A stretch of 64,000 nt of DNA, from the IMG/VR virus record IMGVR_UViG_3300031088_000793. One strand, 5' to 3'. How positions within the stretch are numbered: the first letter of the stretch is position 1; the number at the start of each line of letters is the position of its first letter. Origin of the DNA: a virus. Taxonomy: Duplodnaviria > Heunggongvirae > Uroviricota > Caudoviricetes. Made by a program: the position numbers and the translations under genes. Of the stretch, positions 55,351 through 63,460 are shown in pieces. Below the pieces are notes generated by a model. It did no database searches and was not told where the DNA came from. It worked only from the letters and a program-made list of their open reading frames with translations.

Positions 55351-55656
55351 CTAGAGCCTCTCGTTGATCGGGCTGCCGGGGTTGAGGACCTTCCAGACAC
55401 CGTCCATCAGAATCTCGATCCGGTGGAGACGGTTGAAGCGCCAAGGCTCCTCCTTGCCAAGGCTGAAGTAGGGACGATCCCCATCGAAGTAGTCGTCCCG
55501 GTTGTAGCCGATGCGCTGAAGGATGCCGACGCGCTCGACCAATCCCCTGCGGATCAGGACGGTGTAGCCGATGTAGCTTCGGAGCTTCTCGTAGAGCTCG
55601 ATGTCCGTAGCGGCGTTCTGGAGGGGCTTCTCGCTCTCCTCAGCGACTGAGATCAC
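55351..55656 (-). CDS. hypothetical protein (101 aa), possibly a distant family E member
   Basis: MISVAEESEKPLQNA... N-terminus is similar to the family E starts. Confidence 0.45.
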   Translation of the reverse strand: MISVAEESEKPLQNAATDIELYEKLRSYIGYTVLIRRGLVERVGILQRIGYNRDDYFDGDRPYFSLGKEEPWRFNRLHRIEILMDGVWKVLNPGSPINERL

Positions 55657-56204
55657 TTGCTCTGCTCCTCGAAGCCATCCTGGATCAGCGGGGAGCCCGA
55701 CTTCAGCGCGGGGAAGAGGAATCCCATCCCCAGCATCTGTGCGGCCTGCTCACCGGTGATCCCCAGGGCCTGCGGGCTGGCCACATCCCAGAAGTCGAGG
55801 AGCGCGCCGAGGCCGATGAAGCCGATGGCGATGCCCTGGTCGCCGAGCCAGCGGCCGAGTTCGATGTAGCTCGGGCCGGCGAGGAGTGCCTCCCGGTCGA
55901 GCTCAGAGAAGACGCCGGTGACCTGCTCCAGGGCACCGTTGAGGGCATCGTGGAACTCATCCTGAGTGACCAGTACCCGGCCCTCCAGGGTGGTGGCGGT
56001 GAGCTTGAAGAAGCCAGCGTCCAGAGCACCCTCGGGGAGCTCATCGGCCTCACCGAGCTGGAGCTGGATCACGCTGGCCCGAACGAGCTTGGCGAGCTCG
56101 TGGACGGCGTCCACGGAGCCGCCAGCAGCCAGGGACTTCTCAGCCTCGGCCTTGAGCTCAGCCCAGGGGCTCTCGGGGCGGATCTTCAGTTCTGTGGTGC
56201 CCAT
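55653..56204 (-). CDS. hypothetical protein (183 aa)
   Basis: AGAGG Shine-Dalgarno, downstream of promoter 56255-56283. Confidence 0.5.
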   Translation of the reverse strand: MGTTELKIRPESPWAELKAEAEKSLAAGGSVDAVHELAKLVRASVIQLQLGEADELPEGALDAGFFKLTATTLEGRVLVTQDEFHDALNGALEQVTGVFSELDREALLAGPSYIELGRWLGDQGIAIGFIGLGALLDFWDVASPQALGITGEQAAQMLGMGFLFPALKSGSPLIQDGFEEQSK

Positions 56205-56254
56205 CGGTTACCTCTTTCGGGAATGGCTGAAGTCTGTGGTGTTGCTACGGTTCA

Positions 56255-56283
56255 ACCATACACGAAGGAGGGCCGAGCCGCAA
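56255..56283 (-). promoter_or_regulatory. conserved promoter (-35 TTGCGG, N17, -10 TATGGT)
   Basis: The -35 lies within the hairpin GGGCCGAGCCG...CGGCTCGGCCC. Confidence 0.45.
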
Positions 56284-56322
56284 CTGCTGCGCGGCTCGGC
56301 CCTCCTTCGGAAGTGCGAGGGC

Positions 56323-56610
56323 TCAGATCCCTTCGAAGATCAGGGCTCCCTGGTAGTCAGCGTCCCGGTTCCGCTTCGAGATCCTCAGGAGCTCGGTGCT
56401 GGTGTCGTACTCCCGGATAGTCCCAGAGATCTTGAGCTCCAGGAAGGTCTCGGTGTAGAAAGCTGACTCCAGACGGCCTGAGAGCACTCCCTCGACCGTC
56501 TCGATGATGACCACTTCGCCGATGCTGTCGGCGATGCGCTCCAGGGCCTTCTTCATTGCTTCTCTGTCTGCCATAGCTGACTCCAATGTTCCGTCGGGTG
56601 GAGTCCGCAT
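56323..56610 (-). CDS. hypothetical protein (95 aa)
   Basis: Minus-strand ORF. Confidence 0.45.
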   Translation of the reverse strand: MRTPPDGTLESAMADREAMKKALERIADSIGEVVIIETVEGVLSGRLESAFYTETFLELKISGTIREYDTSTELLRISKRNRDADYQGALIFEGI

Positions 56611-56631
56611 ATCGCGGCCAGAGAGTCAGCT

Positions 56632-56964
56632 TCAGGCCTGGAGCTCAGCTCGGAGGTCCCCGATGCCAGCCCTGATTGCGCCGAAGACGATGGTGGACTT
56701 GAGCCTGCCCATGGAGTTGAGCTCTGTCTCCAGATGATCGAGGATGCGGTTGAGCTCCTCCGAGCTCGCCACAGAGGAGCTCAGAGGCACGGAGCCATTG
56801 AGCTCAGCTCGGGTTGCCTCCAGTGCGAGGGCCATGGACTCCCTGTCGATCTTCGTGCCCTCTGGGATGTGGCTCACTCCCCGGCCCAGCACAGCTCGAA
56901 CGGCCTCCGGGCTCGTTCCGGTCTTGGTCGAGGTGTCATCGATGAGGATGCCGACTGCGCTCAT
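56632..56964 (-). CDS. hypothetical protein (110 aa)
   Basis: Minus-strand ORF. Confidence 0.45.
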   Translation of the reverse strand: MSAVGILIDDTSTKTGTSPEAVRAVLGRGVSHIPEGTKIDRESMALALEATRAELNGSVPLSSSVASSEELNRILDHLETELNSMGRLKSTIVFGAIRAGIGDLRAELQA

Positions 56965-57217
56965 GGGTTGCTCTTTTCTGTGGAGTACTGGCCACCGGCA
57001 AGAGCGCCAGCGGCGATGGATCTGAGGGTAGGAAGCACCGGAGCGGGGTAGCTCTCAGGTGCTGAAAGGCTGCTAGAGACGAACAGCCTAGAGCATCGAT
57101 GGTACCGATGCCCTAGGCTGTGGTTTCGCCGATTTCGCGGATGCTTCTCTCGGAAGCGGCCATCCTGGATGACGATGGAGTAGCGACGCTTTCCCGGAGG
57201 AAGTGCCGCCCTCGAAC

Positions 57218-57667
57218 CTACCGAAGCTTCGAGCGACGAGCCTCGAGATCAGCGATCTGAGCGTCGAGATCCCGGCGCTGTGCATCCAGGGCTCGGCGCC
57301 GTGCCTCAATGGCAGCAAGAGCTCGGTCCTCGATGGCCGTAGCGGCGAGGTCGATGATCTCCTCGGCGTCCTTCGGCGAGACTCGGACCGTGATCTGAAG
57401 CGCGATCTCGTCGGAGGCGCTGCCGTAGCTGGTGTTGCGCTGACCTCCGAGCTCATCCACGCTGAAGTAGCCCTTGCGGTCGTAGAAGTGGCCACCGGCG
57501 AAGGCCACGGGGAGCCTCAGCGCAGCAGCGTTGGCCACGAGCGCCGTGATCTTGGCAGCGAGCTCCTGGCTCGGCTCCTCGATCTCGGGGAGGTGGGCGG
57601 GGATGTCGAAGTAGTGATCGGGCTTCGCGTCGTAGGCGACCAGCTTGCGGATCTCGAACTCTGCCAT
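57218..57667 (-). CDS. hypothetical protein, paralog family F (~149 aa; start MAEFEI)
   Basis: Shares (P/L)(V/I)AFA(G/A)GH(F/V)Y(D/S)RKG(Y/F) and a C-terminal coiled coil with 57751..58188. AGGAAAT Shine-Dalgarno. Confidence 0.5.
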   Translation of the reverse strand: MAEFEIRKLVAYDAKPDHYFDIPAHLPEIEEPSQELAAKITALVANAAALRLPVAFAGGHFYDRKGYFSVDELGGQRNTSYGSASDEIALQITVRVSPKDAEEIIDLAATAIEDRALAAIEARRRALDAQRRDLDAQIADLEARRSKLR

Positions 57668-57707
57668 GGGATTTCCTATCTCTAAAGTGCGGCTGCGGTG
57701 TGAAGCC

Positions 57708-57736
57708 AACCTATCATGGAAAAGCCCTCACCGCAA
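57708..57736 (-). promoter_or_regulatory. conserved promoter (-35 TTGCGG, N17, -10 TAGGTT)
   Basis: Family motif with a ~40-nt leader. Confidence 0.45.
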
Positions 57737-57750
57737 CCGCTTCGGTGGAG

Positions 57751-58188
57751 CTAGAGGGCGGCTCGCTCAGCTTCGAGCTCAGCGATCCGGGCATCGAGCT
57801 CGGCGCGCTTAGCGCTTCGGCCCTGGAGCTTCGCCTTCTCGCTGACATCTTCGATCAGGTCGTCCGCCAGGGACTGAGGAAGCCGCACGGTGACCTGGAG
57901 GAGCACATCGTCGGAGTCGCTGCCGTAGCTTCGGTTCCGGCTCTCGTCGCCGACCTTCCCGAGGGGATCCTCGGCGAGGAAGCCCTTCCGGGAATAGACA
58001 TGGCCAGCGGCGAAGGCGATGGGCGCTCCGAGGGACTCCGCAGCGGCGATGAGCTTGAGGATCTCTCGGCCCTGGAGCTCTGTGGCCTCGGGCAGGGGAG
58101 CCACTCCCTGGAGCACACCCGTCGAGCTGTAGTTGGGCACTGAGCCCGTGAGAAGAGGGACGATGTTGAGTCGCTTGCGATCCGCCAT
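57751..58188 (-). CDS. hypothetical protein, paralog family F (145 aa)
   Basis: See 57218..57667. Confidence 0.5.
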   Translation of the reverse strand: MADRKRLNIVPLLTGSVPNYSSTGVLQGVAPLPEATELQGREILKLIAAAESLGAPIAFAAGHVYSRKGFLAEDPLGKVGDESRNRSYGSDSDDVLLQVTVRLPQSLADDLIEDVSEKAKLQGRSAKRAELDARIAELEAERAAL

Positions 58189-58244
58189 GGGATGCTCCTT
58201 AGGTCTGCGGTTGCTGAGTGAGGAATCCTGCCCGGAGGCTGGAC

Positions 58245-58949
58245 TCAGTTGCTGTTGTTCTGGCGATCCTTCTCGGCGGCAGCGTCCTCGACCTCGGAGG
58301 CGATGACTGCCACCCAGAGAGCGTCGATGGCGTCGACCGAGCGATCCTTGCTCTGGGCCTCGATCTTGAGGTCCGAGGTCAGGGAGAAGGCGGCCTTGGA
58401 GATCTTGTACTCCTCCGAGCCGCTCTTGCCCTTCACGGCGAAGTTCATGGTGAGGCTGAAGTTCTGCTTGGCCGAACCGACGGCCTTGCCCTCGGCGTCC
58501 TGGATCTCGTACTCCGAGAGGAACATGCTGAGCTTCTGCTGGATGACGCCTCGGGGCGTGTTGCTGTAGTCGTAGGTTTCGGCCCGGTGATGGACCACCC
58601 GGTATCCCTCAGCCTCGCTGCCGACGAGGTTGCCCGCGGTGGAGAAGAGGGAGTAGGTGTCGCCGATGGCGTAGATGGCCTGGCCCCGGATCTCACCGAT
58701 CTCAGTGCCGTCGGCGGTGATGGTCCAGCGGTCGCCGAAGGTGAAGGCAGCCTTCTTGGCCTCGATGACAGAAGCGCCCTCCAGGGTGTCGAGCACGGCC
58801 TCGGAGTCGGCCACATCGGCGGTGACAAGGGGCTCAGTGGAGCCTCCGTTGGCCATGGAGCAGCCGGTGAGCACCGAGAGCACAGCGGCCGTGGCGAGAG
58901 CGGTGGCGGCCAGACGGCGGCCGGAGCGGAGGAGGCGAGTGGCGGTCAT
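58245..58949 (-). CDS. lipoprotein (234 aa)
   Basis: Signal peptide plus lipobox LTGC. Leaderless consensus promoter at 58956-58984. Confidence 0.6.
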   Translation of the reverse strand: MTATRLLRSGRRLAATALATAAVLSVLTGCSMANGGSTEPLVTADVADSEAVLDTLEGASVIEAKKAAFTFGDRWTITADGTEIGEIRGQAIYAIGDTYSLFSTAGNLVGSEAEGYRVVHHRAETYDYSNTPRGVIQQKLSMFLSEYEIQDAEGKAVGSAKQNFSLTMNFAVKGKSGSEEYKISKAAFSLTSDLKIEAQSKDRSVDAIDALWVAVIASEVEDAAAEKDRQNNSN

Positions 58950-58955
58950 GGGTAG

Positions 58956-58984
58956 ATGCTACAACGGACTCAGTAAAAGCGCAA
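58956..58984 (-). promoter_or_regulatory. conserved leaderless promoter (-35 TTGCGC, N17, -10 TAGCAT, N6, ATG)
   Basis: Plus-strand ATGCTA at 58956-61 and GCGCAA at 58979-84. Confidence 0.5.
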
Positions 58985-59053
58985 CCGCTGACATCCCTGA
59001 GCCAAGGATGCCAGCGGCCGTGAGGAGCTGGAAGCTACTGAGTGCCTCGAAGG

Positions 59054-59287
59054 CTACGCGGGAAGGGCGAAGCCGAGCTTACCCAGAGCGATCTCCACCA
59101 GGGACTCGATGATGTCGTCATCCTCCCGGGCGAGGCTGAAGTCCTCGAGGCTCATGGTGCCCTCGCTCCAGCCCTCGTAGACCCGGTCGCAGGAGTAGAT
59201 CTCTTGGCCGAGGTAGCTGGCGAAGGCCTCGCGGAGCTCGTCGGCCTTGGCCTGGTCGATGACCTTGGGGGATGTGGTGGAGTCCAT
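59054..59287 (-). CDS. hypothetical acidic protein (77 aa)
   Basis: Minus-strand ORF. Confidence 0.45.
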   Translation of the reverse strand: MDSTTSPKVIDQAKADELREAFASYLGQEIYSCDRVYEGWSEGTMSLEDFSLAREDDDIIESLVEIALGKLGFALPA

Positions 59288-59291
59288 TGCT

Positions 59292-59801
59292 CTAGTCCTT
59301 CTCGGTGGTGGTAGAGTTGATCAGTGTCTGCATGCCCTTGAGCACGCCGTGGACATCACCCTCTGCGCCGAAGGCCAGAGTGATGTGGAGATCCTTCGCG
59401 GGGAGTCCCAGGGACTTCCTCCAGTCAGCCACGGCCTGCGAGCGGCACACGGCGAACCAGGTCGAGCGGCCCTCGCTCGAAGCGGTGCCGACGCCGTAGA
59501 CAGCGAAGCGGATCGGGCTCTTGGGAAGCTCCAGCTTGCTGCCAGCCTGCTTGAGCTCCCGGGTGACCTTGCGAAACTCACGAGGCTCGATGATGGTCAT
59601 GTGGTAGCGGTCTGCGCCGTCTCGGAGATCCCGGTGACCCTTGAGCTCCTCGAAGTCATCTCCGAGGATGGCCTGGAGCTCGATCTCCAGGGGCTGGAGC
59701 GCAGCGGCATCCACGGAGAGAGCAGCGTAGGAGCCCTTGAGCACCTTGGCTGCACCTGAGACCGTCAGGGGCTGCTCAGCGGTGGGGATTCGGATGTCCA
59801 T
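59292..59801 (-). CDS. 2H phosphoesterase superfamily protein (LigT/cyclic phosphodiesterase-like; start probably MDIRIP)
   Basis: Two H-x-T-x motifs (HMTI and HITL) about 75 residues apart. Promoter 59808-59836 places the leaderless start at the second ATG. Confidence 0.5.
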   Translation of the reverse strand: MDIRIPTAEQPLTVSGAAKVLKGSYAALSVDAAALQPLEIELQAILGDDFEELKGHRDLRDGADRYHMTIIEPREFRKVTRELKQAGSKLELPKSPIRFAVYGVGTASSEGRSTWFAVCRSQAVADWRKSLGLPAKDLHITLAFGAEGDVHGVLKGMQTLINSTTTEKD

Positions 59802-59807
59802 GGATCC

Positions 59808-59836
59808 ACCATACGCCATGGGGAGCTACTGCGCAA
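59808..59836 (-). promoter_or_regulatory. conserved leaderless promoter (-35 TTGCGC, N17, -10 TATGGT, N6, ATG)
   Basis: Family motif. Confidence 0.45.
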
Positions 59837-60152
59837 CCCGCGCTTCCCGCATGTAGCCTATCTCTTCGATGCTCCAGCGGATGGCCCTCCAGAGCTTGGC
59901 ACCTACGATGGGAAGCCCGATGAGTGTCCAGAAGCCCAGAAGGATCAGCGGATCCAGGCTCAGCCCCAGAACGAAGTAGCCTGCGAGGAGCAGTGACCTC
60001 AGAACCGGTGACAGAAGCCAGAGTCCGTAGTTCCGCCTGATCAGCGCAAACTGAATCCTGAACACAGCAAAGAGGAGTAGAGCCATCACTGCGTTTGCCG
60101 TGAGCCAGCGAGCTACCTCTTCAGCGACCGTCAGCACTACCGAGAGTTCCAT
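59826..60152 (-). CDS. membrane protein (108 aa)
   Basis: Three hydrophobic helices. Overlaps the promoter for the downstream gene. Confidence 0.45.
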   Translation of the reverse strand: MELSVVLTVAEEVARWLTANAVMALLLFAVFRIQFALIRRNYGLWLLSPVLRSLLLAGYFVLGLSLDPLILLGFWTLIGLPIVGAKLWRAIRWSIEEIGYMREARVAQ

Positions 60153-60154
60153 GA

Positions 60155-60406
60155 TCAGTAAACGAGCCCGTAGCCGACGGGCTTGTCACCCGCGACCAGT
60201 GAACCAAGGCCCCCGAAGAGTAGTGGAGCGGTGGACTTGAGTCCCCCAGCAGCACCGATGCTGAGTACCCCACAGACAAGAATGACCAGGGAGACGACGA
60301 GTAGGGTGAGCATCGTTGCGAAGCTTCCGGCGATCTCGAGAGGGCTGTAGTGGAAATCAGGCGCTCTGTTGGCGAAGTCCTCGAAGATCTGGTTTCGCAT
60401 GTCCAT
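60155..60406 (-). CDS. small membrane protein, paralog family G (83 aa)
   Basis: C-terminal GDKPVGYGLVY matches GNQHVGYGLFY of 60406..60966. Confidence 0.45.
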   Translation of the reverse strand: MDMRNQIFEDFANRAPDFHYSPLEIAGSFATMLTLLVVSLVILVCGVLSIGAAGGLKSTAPLLFGGLGSLVAGDKPVGYGLVY

Positions 60407-60966
60407 CAGTAGAACAGTCCGTAGCCCACATGCTGGTTGCCAGTGAGCACCGAACCTGCATCGCCGAAGATTGACCGGGCAGGCTTGACGAGCTTCCAGC
60501 TCACGGCGGGGAGGCCAGTGAGAACCAGGAGCATAGCTAGCCTCAGGTTGTCCTCAGCATCTTCGGTTTTGAGAGCGAGCTCATTGCTATCGTAGCCGGT
60601 AATGATGTAGAAAGCGTTTGCGGGGAGCTCGCCGCCTGCCTCGCCCTCGAGCTCATCAGCGGACAGGATGTCGATGTCACTGCGGGCTCCGACGAGATCA
60701 CTTTCGCCGTAGTAGGCAGTGCCGAGCTCTCGCTGGATTGCGATGAGCTGCTTCTCACTGGGGCTGAACTGCTCGTAGTCTGCCCAGAGAGCCGGAAGCC
60801 CGAAGCCGAGCTTGGCCACATTGGCCTCATAGTTGGCCTTGAGGAGTTCCTCAGCGATCTCAGAGCCGTCGGTGGAATAGACCTCGATGTGCTTGACATC
60901 GGTCTTGCCATGGCCATCGTCGGACCAGTCGCCGAAGGTGACAGAGAAGGGAAGTGACTGAGCCAT
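60406..60966 (-). CDS. hypothetical protein, paralog family G (186 aa)
   Basis: Shared C-terminal tail with 60155..60406. ATGA junction. Confidence 0.5.
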   Translation of the reverse strand: MAQSLPFSVTFGDWSDDGHGKTDVKHIEVYSTDGSEIAEELLKANYEANVAKLGFGLPALWADYEQFSPSEKQLIAIQRELGTAYYGESDLVGARSDIDILSADELEGEAGGELPANAFYIITGYDSNELALKTEDAEDNLRLAMLLVLTGLPAVSWKLVKPARSIFGDAGSVLTGNQHVGYGLFY

Positions 60967-61053
60967 GGGAACTACTTTCTACGGTTTTCGATCGAGCTGT
61001 TCAGATTGGGGAGTCGGCCGACAGTATGAGTTCAGCTGTCGGCCGACTTGAGC

Positions 61054-63216
61054 TCAGAGGAGCTCGAGGAGTGCGGCCCGGTCCACGGGCTCCTGAATCG
61101 TTGCCACTCCGTGAGCAGAAGCCCAGAGCTCGGCGAGGCGACCCATGGAGAACTTCGGACGGGCGAGCTCATCGTAGACGATGGCGCCCACGGTGTCGTC
61201 CTCGGTGGAGGACAGCCCCGAGGCGGTCGAGCCGTTGGAGGAGTCGATCCAGACGAGGCGGCCCGTCTCCAGGTTCACAGCGAAGGGCACCGACTGAGTG
61301 GACTTCGTGGTGGGCTTGAAGGCCGTGGCCACCGAGCGCGCATCGAAGGTCTGACCGGCCTTGCCCTCGCTCCGGAGCATGGCTCCAGCGATGAAGTCCA
61401 CATCGGCCATGGGGAAGCCGGACCAGGACTGCACGGTCATGGCCACCCACTTGGCTCCACGGAAGCGAGCGCGGAGCTTCACCAGCTTCAGGTCGATGAA
61501 CTCAGCTGCCGAGTCGCCGGGGTTGACATACTTGTCTCCGGAGTAGGTGCTCCAGTCTCGAGCCATGTTCCAGGAGTTCCAGGTGGTCACAGCGACCTGC
61601 TCGAAGTCCCCGTCGAGGACCACAGCGCCGATGTCCATGTAGCCACCGGTGATCTGATTGTTGTTCCAGTGGCCGAAGATCCGCAGGGTGTCACCCTCGC
61701 CGGCCAGGGCAAGCTCCTCGCCTCGGTCCAGCACTCGATCAGCGGTGGCCGCGTCCCGGCGAACCAGGGGCACGGGGAGCTCGGAGCTGATGCCCACGGG
61801 GCCGCTGGGAGCACCCTTGGAGCTCAGCGAGCCTCGGATGGCATCGTCGAGCGCGCCGAGGATGGCGGCCTGGTAGTGGGCATCGATCTTGGCGACCGCA
61901 GCCCGGTCCTGCATGGTGTTAGTGAGCCCAGCCACTCGCGTAACTCGAGCGTGCTCGTCGTTGGCGGAGAGGACACCGTTGTAGGCGGAGATCAGCGTGG
62001 TGAGCGCAGCGCCCCGGCCCACGATGCCCACGGCATCGGCGAGCTTCGCAGCGTCCGAGTCGTCGGTGGTGAGCCTGAGGATGGCCACGAGGCGGCGCAG
62101 GAGGTTGCCGGGCTGGTACTCAGCGAGGAGCTGAGCAACAAGGCCGGTCTCGCCCTTCTCCAGACCCTCCTCCACCAGGGAGTTCAGGGTGCGGTACTCG
62201 ATGTTGCCGTGGATGATGTCAGCAGCCCTGCGGGCAGCGTCGCTGAGCTTCAGGTCGTAGGGGTGCACCGTCCGGAGCACGCCACGCCAGAGGTTCACTC
62301 GAGCGAGGAGTCGGTCAGCGTGGAAGCCACTCGTGAGCTCGCCGAGGCGAGCGACCAGAGCACCTCGCAGGAAGCGAGGGATGTTGGAGTAGCGCACGGC
62401 GCGAGCGTGGCGATCCGCCAGGGTGCCCACGGCCAGAGCGTAGTTCTCTGCCCACCTGGCTCCCGAAGGAGCGGTGTAGAGCGAGAGCACGACTCGAAGG
62501 AGGTGATCCACCGAACGGACGCTGGAGAGCGCGATGCTGAAGAGCGACTCGGAGGTGAAGTTCGAGGTCGGAGCGATCCAGTCGCGGACGGCCTCGACGA
62601 AGACCTGGATGTTCTCACCGTTGGAGGCAGCGCGGAGCACAGCATCCGTGGAGGAGGAGAGCTCGACGGCCCGGTCGCGGAGCGCCTCGGTGCTGTAGAT
62701 CACAGCGACGGCGCCAGCGAGGAGCTCCCGGTCGGCCTCGGAGAGGGCAACGGGGTCGCCGACGAGCTCAGCGATGAGAGCCTGGGATGCGTCGGTTGCC
62801 TTGAGCACACGGAGCGCCCGGGCGCTGCGCAGCATGTCCTCGAGGGGAAGACCCTCGCGGACCACGGTGGGGTAGTCGGGGAGGAAGACGCCGCCGGTCC
62901 AGTAGTGGAGGAGCTGCTCGACGATGAGCGTGGTGGTGGAGAGCGCCTCGACCTGCTCGGGGAAGCCAGCGTAGATGGGGTCCATGGCCCGGTCTGCGCC
63001 GATCACAACGCGAGCCTCGGCGATGCTGTCCTTGAGCGAGGCTGCGGTGAAGCCTGCGAGCTCCTTGGGATCTGCGACGAAGCCGAGGTTGGCGAGCTCC
63101 AGCACGGCAGCGTAGCGCACGGCGTCGCTGGCGGGCGTCGATGCCGGAGCATCGGGAGCGATGAGGATGCCGCGGCGAAGGGCCGAGCGGCGGAAGGAGG
63201 CTGTGAGCTGAGCCAT
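61054..63216 (-). CDS. large hypothetical protein (720 aa)
   Basis: The longest ORF in the window. Consistent codon usage. AAAGGAGAAC Shine-Dalgarno. The antisense 730-aa ORF is a GC artifact. Confidence 0.65.
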   Translation of the reverse strand: MAQLTASFRRSALRRGILIAPDAPASTPASDAVRYAAVLELANLGFVADPKELAGFTAASLKDSIAEARVVIGADRAMDPIYAGFPEQVEALSTTTLIVEQLLHYWTGGVFLPDYPTVVREGLPLEDMLRSARALRVLKATDASQALIAELVGDPVALSEADRELLAGAVAVIYSTEALRDRAVELSSSTDAVLRAASNGENIQVFVEAVRDWIAPTSNFTSESLFSIALSSVRSVDHLLRVVLSLYTAPSGARWAENYALAVGTLADRHARAVRYSNIPRFLRGALVARLGELTSGFHADRLLARVNLWRGVLRTVHPYDLKLSDAARRAADIIHGNIEYRTLNSLVEEGLEKGETGLVAQLLAEYQPGNLLRRLVAILRLTTDDSDAAKLADAVGIVGRGAALTTLISAYNGVLSANDEHARVTRVAGLTNTMQDRAAVAKIDAHYQAAILGALDDAIRGSLSSKGAPSGPVGISSELPVPLVRRDAATADRVLDRGEELALAGEGDTLRIFGHWNNNQITGGYMDIGAVVLDGDFEQVAVTTWNSWNMARDWSTYSGDKYVNPGDSAAEFIDLKLVKLRARFRGAKWVAMTVQSWSGFPMADVDFIAGAMLRSEGKAGQTFDARSVATAFKPTTKSTQSVPFAVNLETGRLVWIDSSNGSTASGLSSTEDDTVGAIVYDELARPKFSMGRLAELWASAHGVATIQEPVDRAALLELL

Positions 63217-63224
63217 GTGGTGTT

Positions 63225-63300
63225 CTCCTTTGGAAGCTGAGGTCAGGAAAGACGAGACGGCGAATTTTAAGAGAAAGTAGCCACCCCAAGGGGCCTGACA
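63225..63300. repeat. ~75-bp direct repeat, copy 1 (promoter/5'UTR of 61054..63216); copy 2 at 63423-63500
   Basis: GAAGCTGAGGTCAGGAAAGACGAGACGGCGAATTTTAAGAGAAAGTAGCCACCCCAAGGGGCCTGACA versus GAAGCTGAGGTGAGGAAAAGCGAGACGGCAGAATTTTTCCAGTAAAAGTAGCCACCCCAAGGGGCCTCACA. Confidence 0.6.
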
Positions 63301-63369
63301 ATTTCCACCCTAACATGGCCCCGGAGCTCCTGTCAACTTCCCTAGGCCATCAGTTTCCGAAGGACTGCC

Positions 63370-63460
63370 GAGCCAAAGAAAAATCCCCCGGAGCCAGCGA
63401 TGCTGTCCGGGGGATTTACTGTGTTGAAGCTGAGGTGAGGAAAAGCGAGACGGCAGAATT
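63370..63460 (-). ncRNA. candidate small RNA: duplicated promoter/leader fused to a rho-independent terminator
   Basis: Repeat copy 2 supplies the promoter-like region and a leader homologous to the 5'UTR of 61054..63216. It is followed by hairpin 63377-63418 (AAATCCCCCGGA/TCCGGGGGATTT) and TTTTTCTTTGG on the minus strand. Confidence 0.3.
63377..63418 (-). terminator. rho-independent terminator
   Basis: 12-bp stem, 13-nt loop, with a T-rich tail (TTTTTCTTTGG) on the minus strand. Confidence 0.55.

Noticed and set aside
61048-63240. 730-aa plus-strand ORF (and similar long plus-strand ORFs at 31448..32761, 35794..37251, 16539..17318, 24259..24666)
   Set aside because: Each is fully antisense to a minus-strand gene that has domain signatures, paralogs or the consensus promoter. 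Long antisense ORFs are expected at about 62% GC. Their translations are low-complexity, rich in G, A, R, L, E and D, and carry no motifs.
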